Shown piece after piece: positions 8,515-16,566 of a DNA stretch of 40,727 bases. Each line of letters begins with the position of its first letter. Position 1 is the first letter of the stretch. Location: NCBI GenBank assembly GCA_964537125.1, contig CAZIBK010000002.1, positions 1-40,727 of the forward strand, in the 5' to 3' direction. The position numbers were made by a program, and so were the translations under genes. The notes under the pieces were generated by a model that searched no databases, was not told where the DNA came from, and saw nothing but the letters and a program-made list of their open reading frames with translations. Source of the stretch: an uncultured Oscillospiraceae bacterium (GTDB lineage Bacteria > Bacillota > Clostridia > UMGS1883).

Positions 8515-9030
8515 TCATACCCTCTTTCCGTAGATTTCCCTGAGCTTTCTTCTTCCCCTTGACAGGCGGTTATATACGGCGGAGCTTTTCTTTCCTACCG
8601 CACGGGAAATATCGTCGATATTCTCATCCATTATGTACCGCCTCACAAATATTTCCCTGTCCTCTGCCGAAAGATTTCCGAGAAGCTCCCTTGTTTCCTC
8701 TTCAAGCTCTCTTTTAAGGAACGCCTTATCCTCCGCCCCCGATTCCTCATACTCCTCCGAAAAAACATATTTTCGCTTATAGTCAATCGCGCGGTATTTT
8801 GCCACGGCTCCTATCCAGTTTTTCAGGCTGTTTTTTTCGGGGTCAAAGCGCGTAATATTCCGCCACAGCGAAAAGTACACGTCGTTTATGCAATCCTCCT
8901 GCCACATGGGAAGCATTTTCAAATGATATCTCACTATTGCTTTTATAAGCGGAGCATAAAGCCTCAGAAGCTCGCAAAAAGCGTCCTCATCACGCCTCGC
9001 GACCTTTCTCACCAACTCTTCCTCCTGCAT
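8515..9030 (-). CDS. ECF-type sigma-70 family RNA polymerase sigma factor
   Basis: 171 aa. Region-2-like DAFCELLRLYAPLIKAIVRYHL and region-4 HTH LSAEDREIFVRRYIMDENIDDISRAVGKKSSAVYNRLSRGRRKL. Operonic with a membrane protein, as is typical of sigma/anti-sigma pairs. Confidence 0.85.
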   Translation of the reverse strand: MQEEELVRKVARRDEDAFCELLRLYAPLIKAIVRYHLKMLPMWQEDCINDVYFSLWRNITRFDPEKNSLKNWIGAVAKYRAIDYKRKYVFSEEYEESGAEDKAFLKRELEEETRELLGNLSAEDREIFVRRYIMDENIDDISRAVGKKSSAVYNRLSRGRRKLREIYGKRV

Positions 9031-9055
9031 ATTATCCCGCCTTTCATCGGTATTT

Positions 9056-9067
9056 TGAAACGTTTCA
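9056..9067. promoter_or_regulatory. perfect 12-bp palindrome TGAAACGTTTCA in the divergent sigma / small-ORF intergenic region
   Basis: Read directly. Each half is TGAAAC, the -35 hexamer of Bacillus ECF (SigW/SigV-type) promoters. On the plus strand it is followed after 16 nt by CGTT (9078..9081). Confidence 0.5.
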
Positions 9068-9157
9068 TTTAATAATACGTTACGATACTTGATTTTCTAT
9101 CATTCTGTCACCAAAAATCTTTTGCCCGCGTAATATGTAGCGATGGGAGGAATGCCC

Positions 9158-9304
9158 ATGTACAGGAACCGCCGCCCCATAGGGCTTGGCTGTCTTTTCT
9201 TTGTGACGGGGATATTTACGGCGCTCATTTTTCCCCTTTGGCTGATTGCCTCCATAGAAGGTCTCATCATTATCATATTCGGGATATCATGCCTTAAAAG
9301 ATGA
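9158..9304 (+). CDS. small hydrophobic protein, 48 aa, two predicted TM segments (below ORF-track cutoff)
   Basis: ATG at 9158 is preceded by GGGAGGAA (GGAGG 7 nt upstream). Translation: MYRNRRPIGLGCLFFVTGIFTALIFPLWLIASIEGLIIIIFGISCLKR, stop TGA 9302-9304. Basic N-terminus followed by two hydrophobic stretches. No family recognised. Confidence 0.5.
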   Translation: MYRNRRPIGLGCLFFVTGIFTALIFPLWLIASIEGLIIIIFGISCLKR

Positions 9305-9345
9305 ATACCGCGCCTATATTTCAAAATCTTGGAAGGAGCTTTAAA

Positions 9346-9426
9346 GTGAAAATCGTCGTTTTCAAAATGCCGAAATTTCTTGCCGGCATCACACGCGCAC
9401 TCCTCGGAATGAAAAAAACGGCATAA
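9346..9426 (+). CDS. spoVM: stage V sporulation protein M (26-aa amphipathic peptide)
   Basis: GTG at 9346 is preceded by GGAAGGAG. The translation MKIVVFKMPKFLAGITRALLGMKKTA has the same 26-aa length and about half identity with B. subtilis SpoVM MKFYTIKLPKFLGGIVRAMLGSFRKD (as recalled). It has the same neighbourhood next to thiN as in B. subtilis and is followed by a strong terminator. Confidence 0.85.
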   Translation: MKIVVFKMPKFLAGITRALLGMKKTA

Positions 9427-9468
9427 AAAATCATGAACCACCCTCCAAACGGGTGGTTCATGATTTTT
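9426..9468. terminator. bidirectional rho-independent terminator shared by spoVM (+) and thiN (-)
   Basis: 18-bp perfect stem AAAAAUCAUGAACCACCC / GGGUGGUUCAUGAUUUUU with a 7-nt loop. It is flanked by an A run on the left and a T run on the right, so it gives a U tract on either strand. Confidence 0.9.
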
Positions 9469-10082
9469 TAATCTCTTGACCTAATTACAATCAGGCTTCC
9501 CTTTTTTACCGTTATTTTTGCCCTCTTGCCGATAAATTCATTGCTGACCGCAAGCGATTCCTCAAAATAAAGCGTCCTGTTTTCAACGGTATATTTCAGA
9601 TTCTCTATCGTTACGCCCTCGGCAGTGCCTATCGGGATGACGGATATATATTCTCCCGTCTCTCCCTCAAATTCGGTCTCACCGGTAATAACGGTTATGA
9701 TATTATTTTCATTCACGAGATATCCCCGTCCGCCTCGGTGGGCGATATATTCCAATAGCCCCACGTTTGATATGGTGTGGTCAAGCCTTGTTCCCGCGCA
9801 CCCCAAAAGGGTTATATCGCGGTAGCCGCGTTCAAGAGCCTCCGAAACCGCGATATGCGTATCGGTGTAATCCTTCTCCGGCTTAAAGACGCGCACCTCT
9901 CCCGAAAGAGCGCCCTTCCACGAGTCAAAGTCGCCCACGGAAAGGTTCGGCGCAATGCCCATTGCCTCCGCATGGCGCAGCCCTCCGTCGGCGCATATTA
10001 TAAAGTCGCCCTCATGTATGAAGGATTTTATGTATTCGTAGTCCGACACGCTGCCCGCGCTTATGATAACACATGCCATCAC
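9468..10082 (-). CDS. thiN: thiamine diphosphokinase
   Basis: ~204 aa. The N-terminal VIISAG...ADGG motif region, the C-terminal beta domain, and the position after rpe match B. subtilis thiN (yloS). The start is either GTG 10082 or ATG 10079, and it overlaps the rpe stop. Confidence 0.85.
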   Translation of the reverse strand: MMACVIISAGSVSDYEYIKSFIHEGDFIICADGGLRHAEAMGIAPNLSVGDFDSWKGALSGEVRVFKPEKDYTDTHIAVSEALERGYRDITLLGCAGTRLDHTISNVGLLEYIAHRGGRGYLVNENNIITVITGETEFEGETGEYISVIPIGTAEGVTIENLKYTVENRTLYFEESLAVSNEFIGKRAKITVKKGSLIVIRSRD

Positions 10083-10747
10083 GCTTCATCTCCCACGGTG
10101 CGGCACAGCATTTTAGTCTCTTCCTCTATGTTTTGCGCTCCGAATACCGCGCTGCCTGCCACAATCACATTTGCGCCCGCTTCAAAAATCGCCTTTATAT
10201 TGCCCGAATTTACTCCGCCGTCAACCTCAACATCTATGCCGTAAGGCTCCGCCATTTCGCGGGCTGCCCTAAGTCTGTCCATGCTCTTTTCAATAAACCT
10301 CTGTCCGCCGAAGCCGGGATACACGCTCATAATAAGTATCATGTCGATATATTCAAGATAATCTCCGATCACCCGAACCTCCGTATCCGGGCTGATTGCC
10401 AGACCTGCTTTTATCCCTAAGCTCTTTATGTATAAAAGCGCCTCTTTTGTTTTTTCCTTCAATGCTTCATAATGCACAGTTATATTGTCAACCCCCGCCT
10501 TAAAGCACGGGTCTATAAAATCAAACGGGTTTTCTACCATAAGGTGGCAGTCGAAAAATAAATTGCTGGATTTTCTTATGGATTTAATAACCGCCGCGCC
10601 AAATGTAAAATTCGGCACAAACCTTCCGTCCATCACGTCAAGATGCAGATATTTCGCTCCGCCCCTCTCGGCTGCCGCAATCTGTTCGCCCAAAACGGAG
10701 AAATCAGCCGCCAATATCGATGGGGACAATTTGAATTTGCAGTCCAT
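10079..10747 (-). CDS. rpe: ribulose-phosphate 3-epimerase
   Basis: Motifs SPSILAADF, HLDVMDGRFVPN and GGV typical of Rpe. The ORF-track start is a TTG at 10762; ATG 10747 with a GGGAG SD 8 nt upstream is preferred. Confidence 0.92.
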   Translation of the reverse strand: MDCKFKLSPSILAADFSVLGEQIAAAERGGAKYLHLDVMDGRFVPNFTFGAAVIKSIRKSSNLFFDCHLMVENPFDFIDPCFKAGVDNITVHYEALKEKTKEALLYIKSLGIKAGLAISPDTEVRVIGDYLEYIDMILIMSVYPGFGGQRFIEKSMDRLRAAREMAEPYGIDVEVDGGVNSGNIKAIFEAGANVIVAGSAVFGAQNIEEETKMLCRTVGDEA

Positions 10748-10749
10748 TT

Positions 10750-11607
10750 TTATATCTCCCAATCCTTTATAAGCTTTAGCTTTTCGTAAAACGCCTTGTA
10801 GCTTTCGTAGCGGCTTAAGGCTATATCTCCGTCCTCCACCGCCTTTTTAACCGCACAGTCCGGCTCCGCGATATGGCTGCACCCTCTGAAACGGCACATT
10901 CCCTCTCTTTCCCAAATTTCGGGGAAATATTCTCTCAGCTCGCCGCATTTCATACCCTCCGGTTCAAGCTGCGAAAAGCCGGGCGTATCGAAAACATATC
11001 CAAAGTCCGTCTTTATAAGCTCCACATGGCGCGTTGTATGCCTTCCGCGCTCAATGCGGCTTGTGGAGCCTGTTTCAAGCTCGCGTCCCGTCAATATGGC
11101 GAGAAGGCTCGATTTTCCCACTCCGGAAAGCCCCGCAAACGCCGTTGTTTTTCCCGAAAGCCCGCTCTTAAGCTCCTCTATGCCCTCGCCCCTTTCGGCG
11201 CTTGTGATAAACACCCTGTACCCTGCCTTTTCGTATGCCGAACGGAGATTTTCCGCGTCGCCCTCAGCGTCAAGATCGCTCTTGTTGACGCAAAGAGCGC
11301 CCTCTATCCCCTTCTTGGCGGCGATGACAAGCATCTTGTCAATCAGCGCCGTATCGGGCGCGGGATTTGATATCGCCGCCACTATCACCAAAAGGTCGAT
11401 GTTGCTCACCGCCGGGCGGACGAGGAAATTTTTTCTTTCCTCTATTTCCTTCACGCTGCCGTTTTCAATCTCAACCCTGTCTCCTACCATGGGGAGTATG
11501 TCGTTCTTTCTGAACCTTCCTCTCGCGCGGCATTCCGCTATGCCGTTTTCGGTATCGACATAGTAAAATCCGCCTATTCCCTTTATTATCGTTCCCTTTA
11601 AAAGCAA
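10750..11607 (-). CDS. rsgA: ribosome small-subunit-dependent GTPase A
   Basis: Circularly permuted GTPase: NKSDL then GLSGVGKSS, plus C-terminal Zn cluster CRFRGCSHIAEPDC. TTG start is preceded by AGGAGG at 7 nt. Confidence 0.92.
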   Translation of the reverse strand: MLLKGTIIKGIGGFYYVDTENGIAECRARGRFRKNDILPMVGDRVEIENGSVKEIEERKNFLVRPAVSNIDLLVIVAAISNPAPDTALIDKMLVIAAKKGIEGALCVNKSDLDAEGDAENLRSAYEKAGYRVFITSAERGEGIEELKSGLSGKTTAFAGLSGVGKSSLLAILTGRELETGSTSRIERGRHTTRHVELIKTDFGYVFDTPGFSQLEPEGMKCGELREYFPEIWEREGMCRFRGCSHIAEPDCAVKKAVEDGDIALSRYESYKAFYEKLKLIKDWEI

Positions 11608-11619
11608 AGGTTATCCTCC

Positions 11620-13509
11620 TTACAGTCCGCTGTCCGAGGTCTGCGGCGAAGAATTGCCGTTATCCTGAGCGCTGTTTCCGCCCGACTGATTACCAAAAAA
11701 ATCATTATCGGCATTGCTTTGTCCGCCGCTCTGGTTATCCGAATTCTGATTGTTCTCCTGCACCTCTGCCTTTCCCGTGCTTACAAATATATCGATTTCC
11801 GTATCACGCTCTACCATAGTATCGACAACAAGGCTCTGGTTCACAACGAGCCCCTCCTCGCTGTCCGACTCGTACGGTATGACGTTGCCCAGCTTAAGAC
11901 CGTTGCGCACTATCGCCATCTTTGCGGCGCTCTCGTCAAGACCCATAAGGTTCGGCACCTTTACAAGATCCTCTTCCGCGCCCTCGCTTACATACAGCGT
12001 TATTGAGTCGCCTGTCTTCATTTCCGCTCCCTGAGAGGGAAGCTGGCGGATAATAATTCCGCCGGGAACGGTATCGCTGTTTTCCATATTAATCGTAACC
12101 TTAAGACCGTAATCCGAACCCGAAAGAAGATCTCTGACCTTTGCGTAATCCTGCCCTGTATAATCGTCAAGACGGAACGTTGCCACGCCGAGGCTTACTA
12201 CAAGGCGTATCTCGCAGGGCTCGTCAAGGACTGTTCGCGCCTCGGGATCCTGAGAAATGATGGCGTCCTCGGGAACAGTGGAGCTGTTCTCTCTGCTTTC
12301 TATCGCGATTGTAAATTCGGTATCCTTTATTGCGTTCTGCGCCTCTTCAAGGCTCAGGTTAATAAGGTTAGGCACTCTGTATTCTCCCTCAACCTGTCTG
12401 TTTCCGAGAACAATATTCGACACTATAAAGCCCAGAACTCCCGCCACCGCAAGACAAGTTATAACGGCAAGCACCACCGCAAGAGTATCGCCCTTTTTCT
12501 TCTGCTTTGTTTTGGGCACGGTCTTTCTTATCTTTTCTTCCTCCTGTTCCCTCGTGCGCCGCACAAGGGGCTTCTCTGCCGAAGGCTGAGAATTTCCTCC
12601 ATCGTCTGTCATCGTTATATTCACTATCGGAGGCATAATCTTTGTGCCGAATTTATCCGTTTCCTCATCCGCGGCTTTCTTTATCTCAGCGTCAGGATCG
12701 GTATATGCCTTTTTGAGATCCGCAAGCATTTCCGCAGCGCTCTCATAGCGGAGGCGCTGCTCCTTGCTCATTGCCTTAAGAATTATATCCTCTATTGCCT
12801 GCGGTATATCGGGATTTATCGCCCTCGGCTTTATAGGATCCGCCTGCATATGCTGCATTGCAACCGAAATGGGCGTTTCTCCGTCAAAGGGCAGCCTTCC
12901 GGTAAACAGCTCATACATCACTACGCCGAGAGAATATATATCGCTTCTCTGGTCTGTATATCCGCCGCGAGCCTGCTCCGGCGAGAGATAATGCGCGCTG
13001 CCGACAGCCTCCATCGTCGTTGTGACATTGTTTGCGGCTCTGGCAATGCCGAAGTCCGTTACCTTTATCACGCCGTCCTTGTTTATCATAATATTCTGGG
13101 GCTTTATATCCCTATGTATGATATGCTTGGAATGTGCGTGTTCAAGAGCGGAGCAAATCTGCATGGAAATATCGGTCGCTTCCTTCCAGTAGATAGCGCC
13201 CTTCTTTTCGGAAATATACTGTTTGAGCGTAATGCCGTCGATATACTCCATTATTATATACTGAAGCGTCCCCGACTGCCCCACGTCATATATAGGTACA
13301 ATGTTCGGATGCGAAAGGCTCGCCGCCGCCTGCGACTCAATGTTGAAGCGCCGTATAAACTCCTCATTGCCCTCAAATTCGCTGCGCAGGAGCTTTACTG
13401 CCACATAGCGGTTAAGCAGCTTGTCCATGGCCTTATATACTACCGCCATGCCGCCTACTCCGATCTTTTCAACTATTTCGTACCTGTTGCCTAATACTTT
13501 CCCTATCAT
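11620..13509 (-). CDS. prkC: Ser/Thr protein kinase with three PASTA domains
   Basis: Hanks kinase motifs GVGGMAVVYKA, HRDIKPQN, DFG and SPEQ. One TM, three PASTA repeats (VPNL...VSLG, ...YVSEG, VPNL...FVSTG) and an N/Q/G/S-rich C-terminal tail. Confidence 0.92.
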   Translation of the reverse strand: MIGKVLGNRYEIVEKIGVGGMAVVYKAMDKLLNRYVAVKLLRSEFEGNEEFIRRFNIESQAAASLSHPNIVPIYDVGQSGTLQYIIMEYIDGITLKQYISEKKGAIYWKEATDISMQICSALEHAHSKHIIHRDIKPQNIMINKDGVIKVTDFGIARAANNVTTTMEAVGSAHYLSPEQARGGYTDQRSDIYSLGVVMYELFTGRLPFDGETPISVAMQHMQADPIKPRAINPDIPQAIEDIILKAMSKEQRLRYESAAEMLADLKKAYTDPDAEIKKAADEETDKFGTKIMPPIVNITMTDDGGNSQPSAEKPLVRRTREQEEEKIRKTVPKTKQKKKGDTLAVVLAVITCLAVAGVLGFIVSNIVLGNRQVEGEYRVPNLINLSLEEAQNAIKDTEFTIAIESRENSSTVPEDAIISQDPEARTVLDEPCEIRLVVSLGVATFRLDDYTGQDYAKVRDLLSGSDYGLKVTINMENSDTVPGGIIIRQLPSQGAEMKTGDSITLYVSEGAEEDLVKVPNLMGLDESAAKMAIVRNGLKLGNVIPYESDSEEGLVVNQSLVVDTMVERDTEIDIFVSTGKAEVQENNQNSDNQSGGQSNADNDFFGNQSGGNSAQDNGNSSPQTSDSGL

Positions 13510-13537
13510 TTTATAATCTCCCCCTTCCGAACAGCCG

Positions 13538-14251
13538 TTAAGCTCTTCCGAATAAAATAAGAGTGATATTGTCAGCGCCGCCGTTTTCCTTAGCCTTTGC
13601 CACGAGCGCGTCCGCAGCCTCCGAAAGCTTCTGCGCGCCGCCGACTATGCTCAGTATATCCTCCTCAGGAACCATATCCGTCAGTCCGTCGGAACACATC
13701 AGCACAAATTCATCCTCCGCTACGGTTTCCCTTATAATGTCCACGTCAATTCCGTAGGATGTTCCCACGGCGCGGGTTATATAGTGCCTCTGCGGATGAT
13801 TTTTAGCCTCCTCCTCGGTTATCGACCCTGCGTCAAGCATCATGCCCACAACGCTGTGATCCTTAGTGATTTTACGCAAAGCGCCCTTTGATACAATATA
13901 AACTCTGCTGTCGCCGACGTGCGCCACCGTTATCTCGCTGCCCGAAAGCACACACGCGTCAACGGTCGTACCCATTCCGCGCATAGCCTCGTTCTGGGAA
14001 GCGTGATTAAATATTTCCCTGTTCGCCTTTTTTACGGCTTCCTCCAGCAAAGCGTCATTGCGTCCCTCGTGGCTCCGTATGTAGGCGTCTATCTTCCGGC
14101 ACGCTTCAAGACTTGCCACCTCGCCGGCATTGTGTCCGCCCATTCCGTCAGCCACGATAAAAAGCTTTTTCCCGCCGCTGTCGTCAATAAGATAAGAGTC
14201 CTCATTGTTGACTCTCACAAGACCCACATCGGTTCTCGCCGCGTAATCCAT
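13538..14251 (-). CDS. prpC: PP2C-family Ser/Thr protein phosphatase
   Basis: Motifs RTDVGLVRVNNEDS, ADGMGGH and DGLTD. The ORF-track start is a TTG at 14269; ATG 14251 with a GAGG SD 8 nt upstream gives the canonical N-terminus. Confidence 0.92.
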   Translation of the reverse strand: MDYAARTDVGLVRVNNEDSYLIDDSGGKKLFIVADGMGGHNAGEVASLEACRKIDAYIRSHEGRNDALLEEAVKKANREIFNHASQNEAMRGMGTTVDACVLSGSEITVAHVGDSRVYIVSKGALRKITKDHSVVGMMLDAGSITEEEAKNHPQRHYITRAVGTSYGIDVDIIRETVAEDEFVLMCSDGLTDMVPEEDILSIVGGAQKLSEAADALVAKAKENGGADNITLILFGRA

Positions 14252-15284
14252 AAAACACACCTCTCTCAACCAAGCTGTTTCTCAGCTGTCCGCATGAAGC
14301 TGATATATCGCTTCCCAGCTCACGCCGCACAGTCGCGGTTATGTGCGCCTTCCGAAGCATATTTTTAAACTCCTCAACCCTCTCGCGGCTCACACGAACA
14401 TTTCCGCGCTCGGTGACGTCGTTTACCGGAATAAGGTTAATATGGCAGTTGTCCTTCCCTAAAAGCCTTCCCAGGATTTCCGCACATTCGTCGGAGCTGT
14501 TCTTACCCTCGATAAGGGCATATTCATAGCTTACCCGCCGACCTGTTTTCTCAAAATAATATCTGCACGCCTCCAAAAGCTCGCTTACGGAATACCTCTT
14601 CGCTATGGGCATTATCGCTCTTCTGTACTCATCCGTCGGCGCGTGAAGGGACACCGCTAAATTCACCGGTATTCCCTCGTCGGCAAATTTGTATATCTTC
14701 GGCACGATTCCGCAGGTCGAAACGGTGATGTGCCTGTAGCCTATATTAAGCCCGTCCGGGTCGTTTACGTTTTTTAAAAACTTCATCAGGCTTTCATAAT
14801 TGTCAAAGGGCTCGCCTATGCCCATCACCACAATGTTTGATATCCTTTCGCCAAAATCACGCATTGCGGCTATTACCTGCCCCGTTATCTCATGCGGAGA
14901 GAGATTTCTCACCTTCCCGTGCAGAGTTGACGCGCAAAAGGAGCAGCCCATAGCGCACCCCACCTGACTTGACACGCACACCGAAAGACCGTGGCTGTAA
15001 CGCATAACTACCGTCTCTATGACGTTCCCGTCGGAGAGAGTGAATAAATACTTGACCGTGCCGTCTATCTTTGAAACAAGCTTCTTCTCAATTTTGGGAA
15101 GATAAAGCGTCGCGTCCTCCTTGAGCTTTTCGCGGAAAGCCTTTGAAAGGCTCTTCAAATCATCTATACTCTCGGCTCCTCTGGATATTGCAAGAAAAAT
15201 CTGCTTAGCACGATATTTCTCCCCGCCCTTTTTCACGATATATTCAGTTAACTCTTCCTTCGTCAAATCGCCCAAATCAGTCAC
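14202..15284 (-). CDS. rlmN: 23S rRNA/tRNA (adenine-C2)-methyltransferase, radical SAM
   Basis: Radical-SAM motif CAMGCSFCAS and C-terminal ...SASCGQLR. GTG start overlaps the rsmB stop (GTGACTGA). The 3' end overlaps the prpC start by 50 nt. Confidence 0.92.
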   Translation of the reverse strand: MTDLGDLTKEELTEYIVKKGGEKYRAKQIFLAISRGAESIDDLKSLSKAFREKLKEDATLYLPKIEKKLVSKIDGTVKYLFTLSDGNVIETVVMRYSHGLSVCVSSQVGCAMGCSFCASTLHGKVRNLSPHEITGQVIAAMRDFGERISNIVVMGIGEPFDNYESLMKFLKNVNDPDGLNIGYRHITVSTCGIVPKIYKFADEGIPVNLAVSLHAPTDEYRRAIMPIAKRYSVSELLEACRYYFEKTGRRVSYEYALIEGKNSSDECAEILGRLLGKDNCHINLIPVNDVTERGNVRVSRERVEEFKNMLRKAHITATVRRELGSDISASCGQLRNSLVERGVFYGLRGENRCGSCESQQ

Positions 15285-16566
15285 GGCGTATAAACCTCGC
15301 TATAAAAAATCCGTCTGTACTATCTTTATTCGGCATGAACTGCCGATATCCCTTTTTTTCCATAAAATCAGCAGGATAGGCTTCAAAATCTCTGTTCTCG
15401 CGCAAAAACGAAGCAACCGTCTGCTCGTTTTCAATTCGGCTTACGGTGCAGGTGGAGTACACCAATATTCCGCCCTTTTTTACATACCGTTTCGCGTTTC
15501 TCAGCATCTTGTACTGCGTAAGGGCGAGAGCCGAGCAATCGCACGCGCCTTTAGTCCATTTTATGTCAGGCTTCCTTCTGATTATACCGAGTCCGGAGCA
15601 CGGCGCGTCAAGCAGCACCCTGTCAAAGCGGTTCTCAAACTCCGCTTTGAAAACCTCCGCGTCGTTGATCATCGTTTCAATTATATCTATGCCGAGCCTT
15701 TTTGCGTCCTTTTCGATAAGCTCCGTCTTGTGGGGATATAAATCGCAGGCAAGCACTCTTCCCTCGTTCCCCATCATTTCCGCAATATATTCGCTCTTTC
15801 CGCCGGGAGCCGCGCAAAGATCCAAAACCTCCATGCCGCTCTTCGTTTCAAGAGCCTCCGCCGCAAGCTGAGAAGCGACGTCCTGTATGCTGAAAAAGCC
15901 CTCCCTTTGCAGGGGCGAGCCGTGAAACGCTCCGCCGCCCGTATATATGTATGCCTCGCGTCCCATGGGAGCCTTTTCTATCCCCTCGGGTATGGGGAAC
16001 TCTCCCTTCAGCGCGTTTCTTCTTAAATATGTTTTCGGCGTTTTGTTTCCCGCCTCAAGGAGGGAAACAATGTCTTCCACGCCCTCGCTCCTCCACTTGC
16101 CGATAATCCACTCCGGGTATGAATAATAAACCGATAAATACTCGTCCGTTCCTTCGGGCGGAAGGAAATCCGACGAGGATACCGCCGCTCTCAGAACCGC
16201 GTTTACAAAGCCGCTGCTTCCCCCGTGACCGTACCTTTTGGCAAGCTTTACGCACTCGTTTATCGTCGCGCTTGCCGGTATTTTATCCAAAAAGCGCATT
16301 GAATATACGCCGATTCGCAATATATTCAATATCCATACGGAAATCTTCTTCAGCTTAAGCGTGGAAAGATTTTTTATTATATTGTCAAGATACAGCCTGT
16401 TGCGCTCAACGCCCAATACCAGCTCCGTGCAGAGGGCGCTGTCGCGGCTGTCAAGCCCCGCCGCTTCAATTACCCCCGCCAAGGCAATATTTAAATACGC
16501 GCCGTCCTTTTCAACGGCATAAAGGGTTTTCAGCGCCGCCTCTCGCGGCTTTGACAATTCCGCCAT
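15277..16566 (-). CDS. rsmB: 16S rRNA (cytosine967-C5)-methyltransferase
   Basis: NusB-like N-terminal domain followed by a SAM MTase with DLCAAPGGKS, DAPCSGLG and YSTCT motifs. Confidence 0.92.
   Translation of the reverse strand: MAELSKPREAALKTLYAVEKDGAYLNIALAGVIEAAGLDSRDSALCTELVLGVERNRLYLDNIIKNLSTLKLKKISVWILNILRIGVYSMRFLDKIPASATINECVKLAKRYGHGGSSGFVNAVLRAAVSSSDFLPPEGTDEYLSVYYSYPEWIIGKWRSEGVEDIVSLLEAGNKTPKTYLRRNALKGEFPIPEGIEKAPMGREAYIYTGGGAFHGSPLQREGFFSIQDVASQLAAEALETKSGMEVLDLCAAPGGKSEYIAEMMGNEGRVLACDLYPHKTELIEKDAKRLGIDIIETMINDAEVFKAEFENRFDRVLLDAPCSGLGIIRRKPDIKWTKGACDCSALALTQYKMLRNAKRYVKKGGILVYSTCTVSRIENEQTVASFLRENRDFEAYPADFMEKKGYRQFMPNKDSTDGFFIARFIRRD

Noticed and set aside
6580-9030. XRE protein as the antitoxin of a toxin-antitoxin or defence module with the neighbouring genes
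   Set aside because: The XRE protein is 351 aa with a large sensor-like domain. It has no co-oriented small partner. Its neighbours form a self-contained sigma/anti-sigma operon on the other strand. No nuclease, ATPase or toxin motifs were seen.
9067-9345. SigE/SigK-type sporulation promoter for spoVM
   Set aside because: I could not find a convincing match to the SigE pattern (ATATT-type -35 with CATACA-T -10) or the SigK pattern by eye. It needs a PWM scan or TSS data, so no call is made.
9100-9441. 113-aa minus-strand ORF from the six-frame track
   Set aside because: It has no SD and atypical composition. It runs antisense across two plus-strand small ORFs that have strong SDs (one a clear SpoVM homologue) and a terminator. 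It is most likely a shadow ORF.
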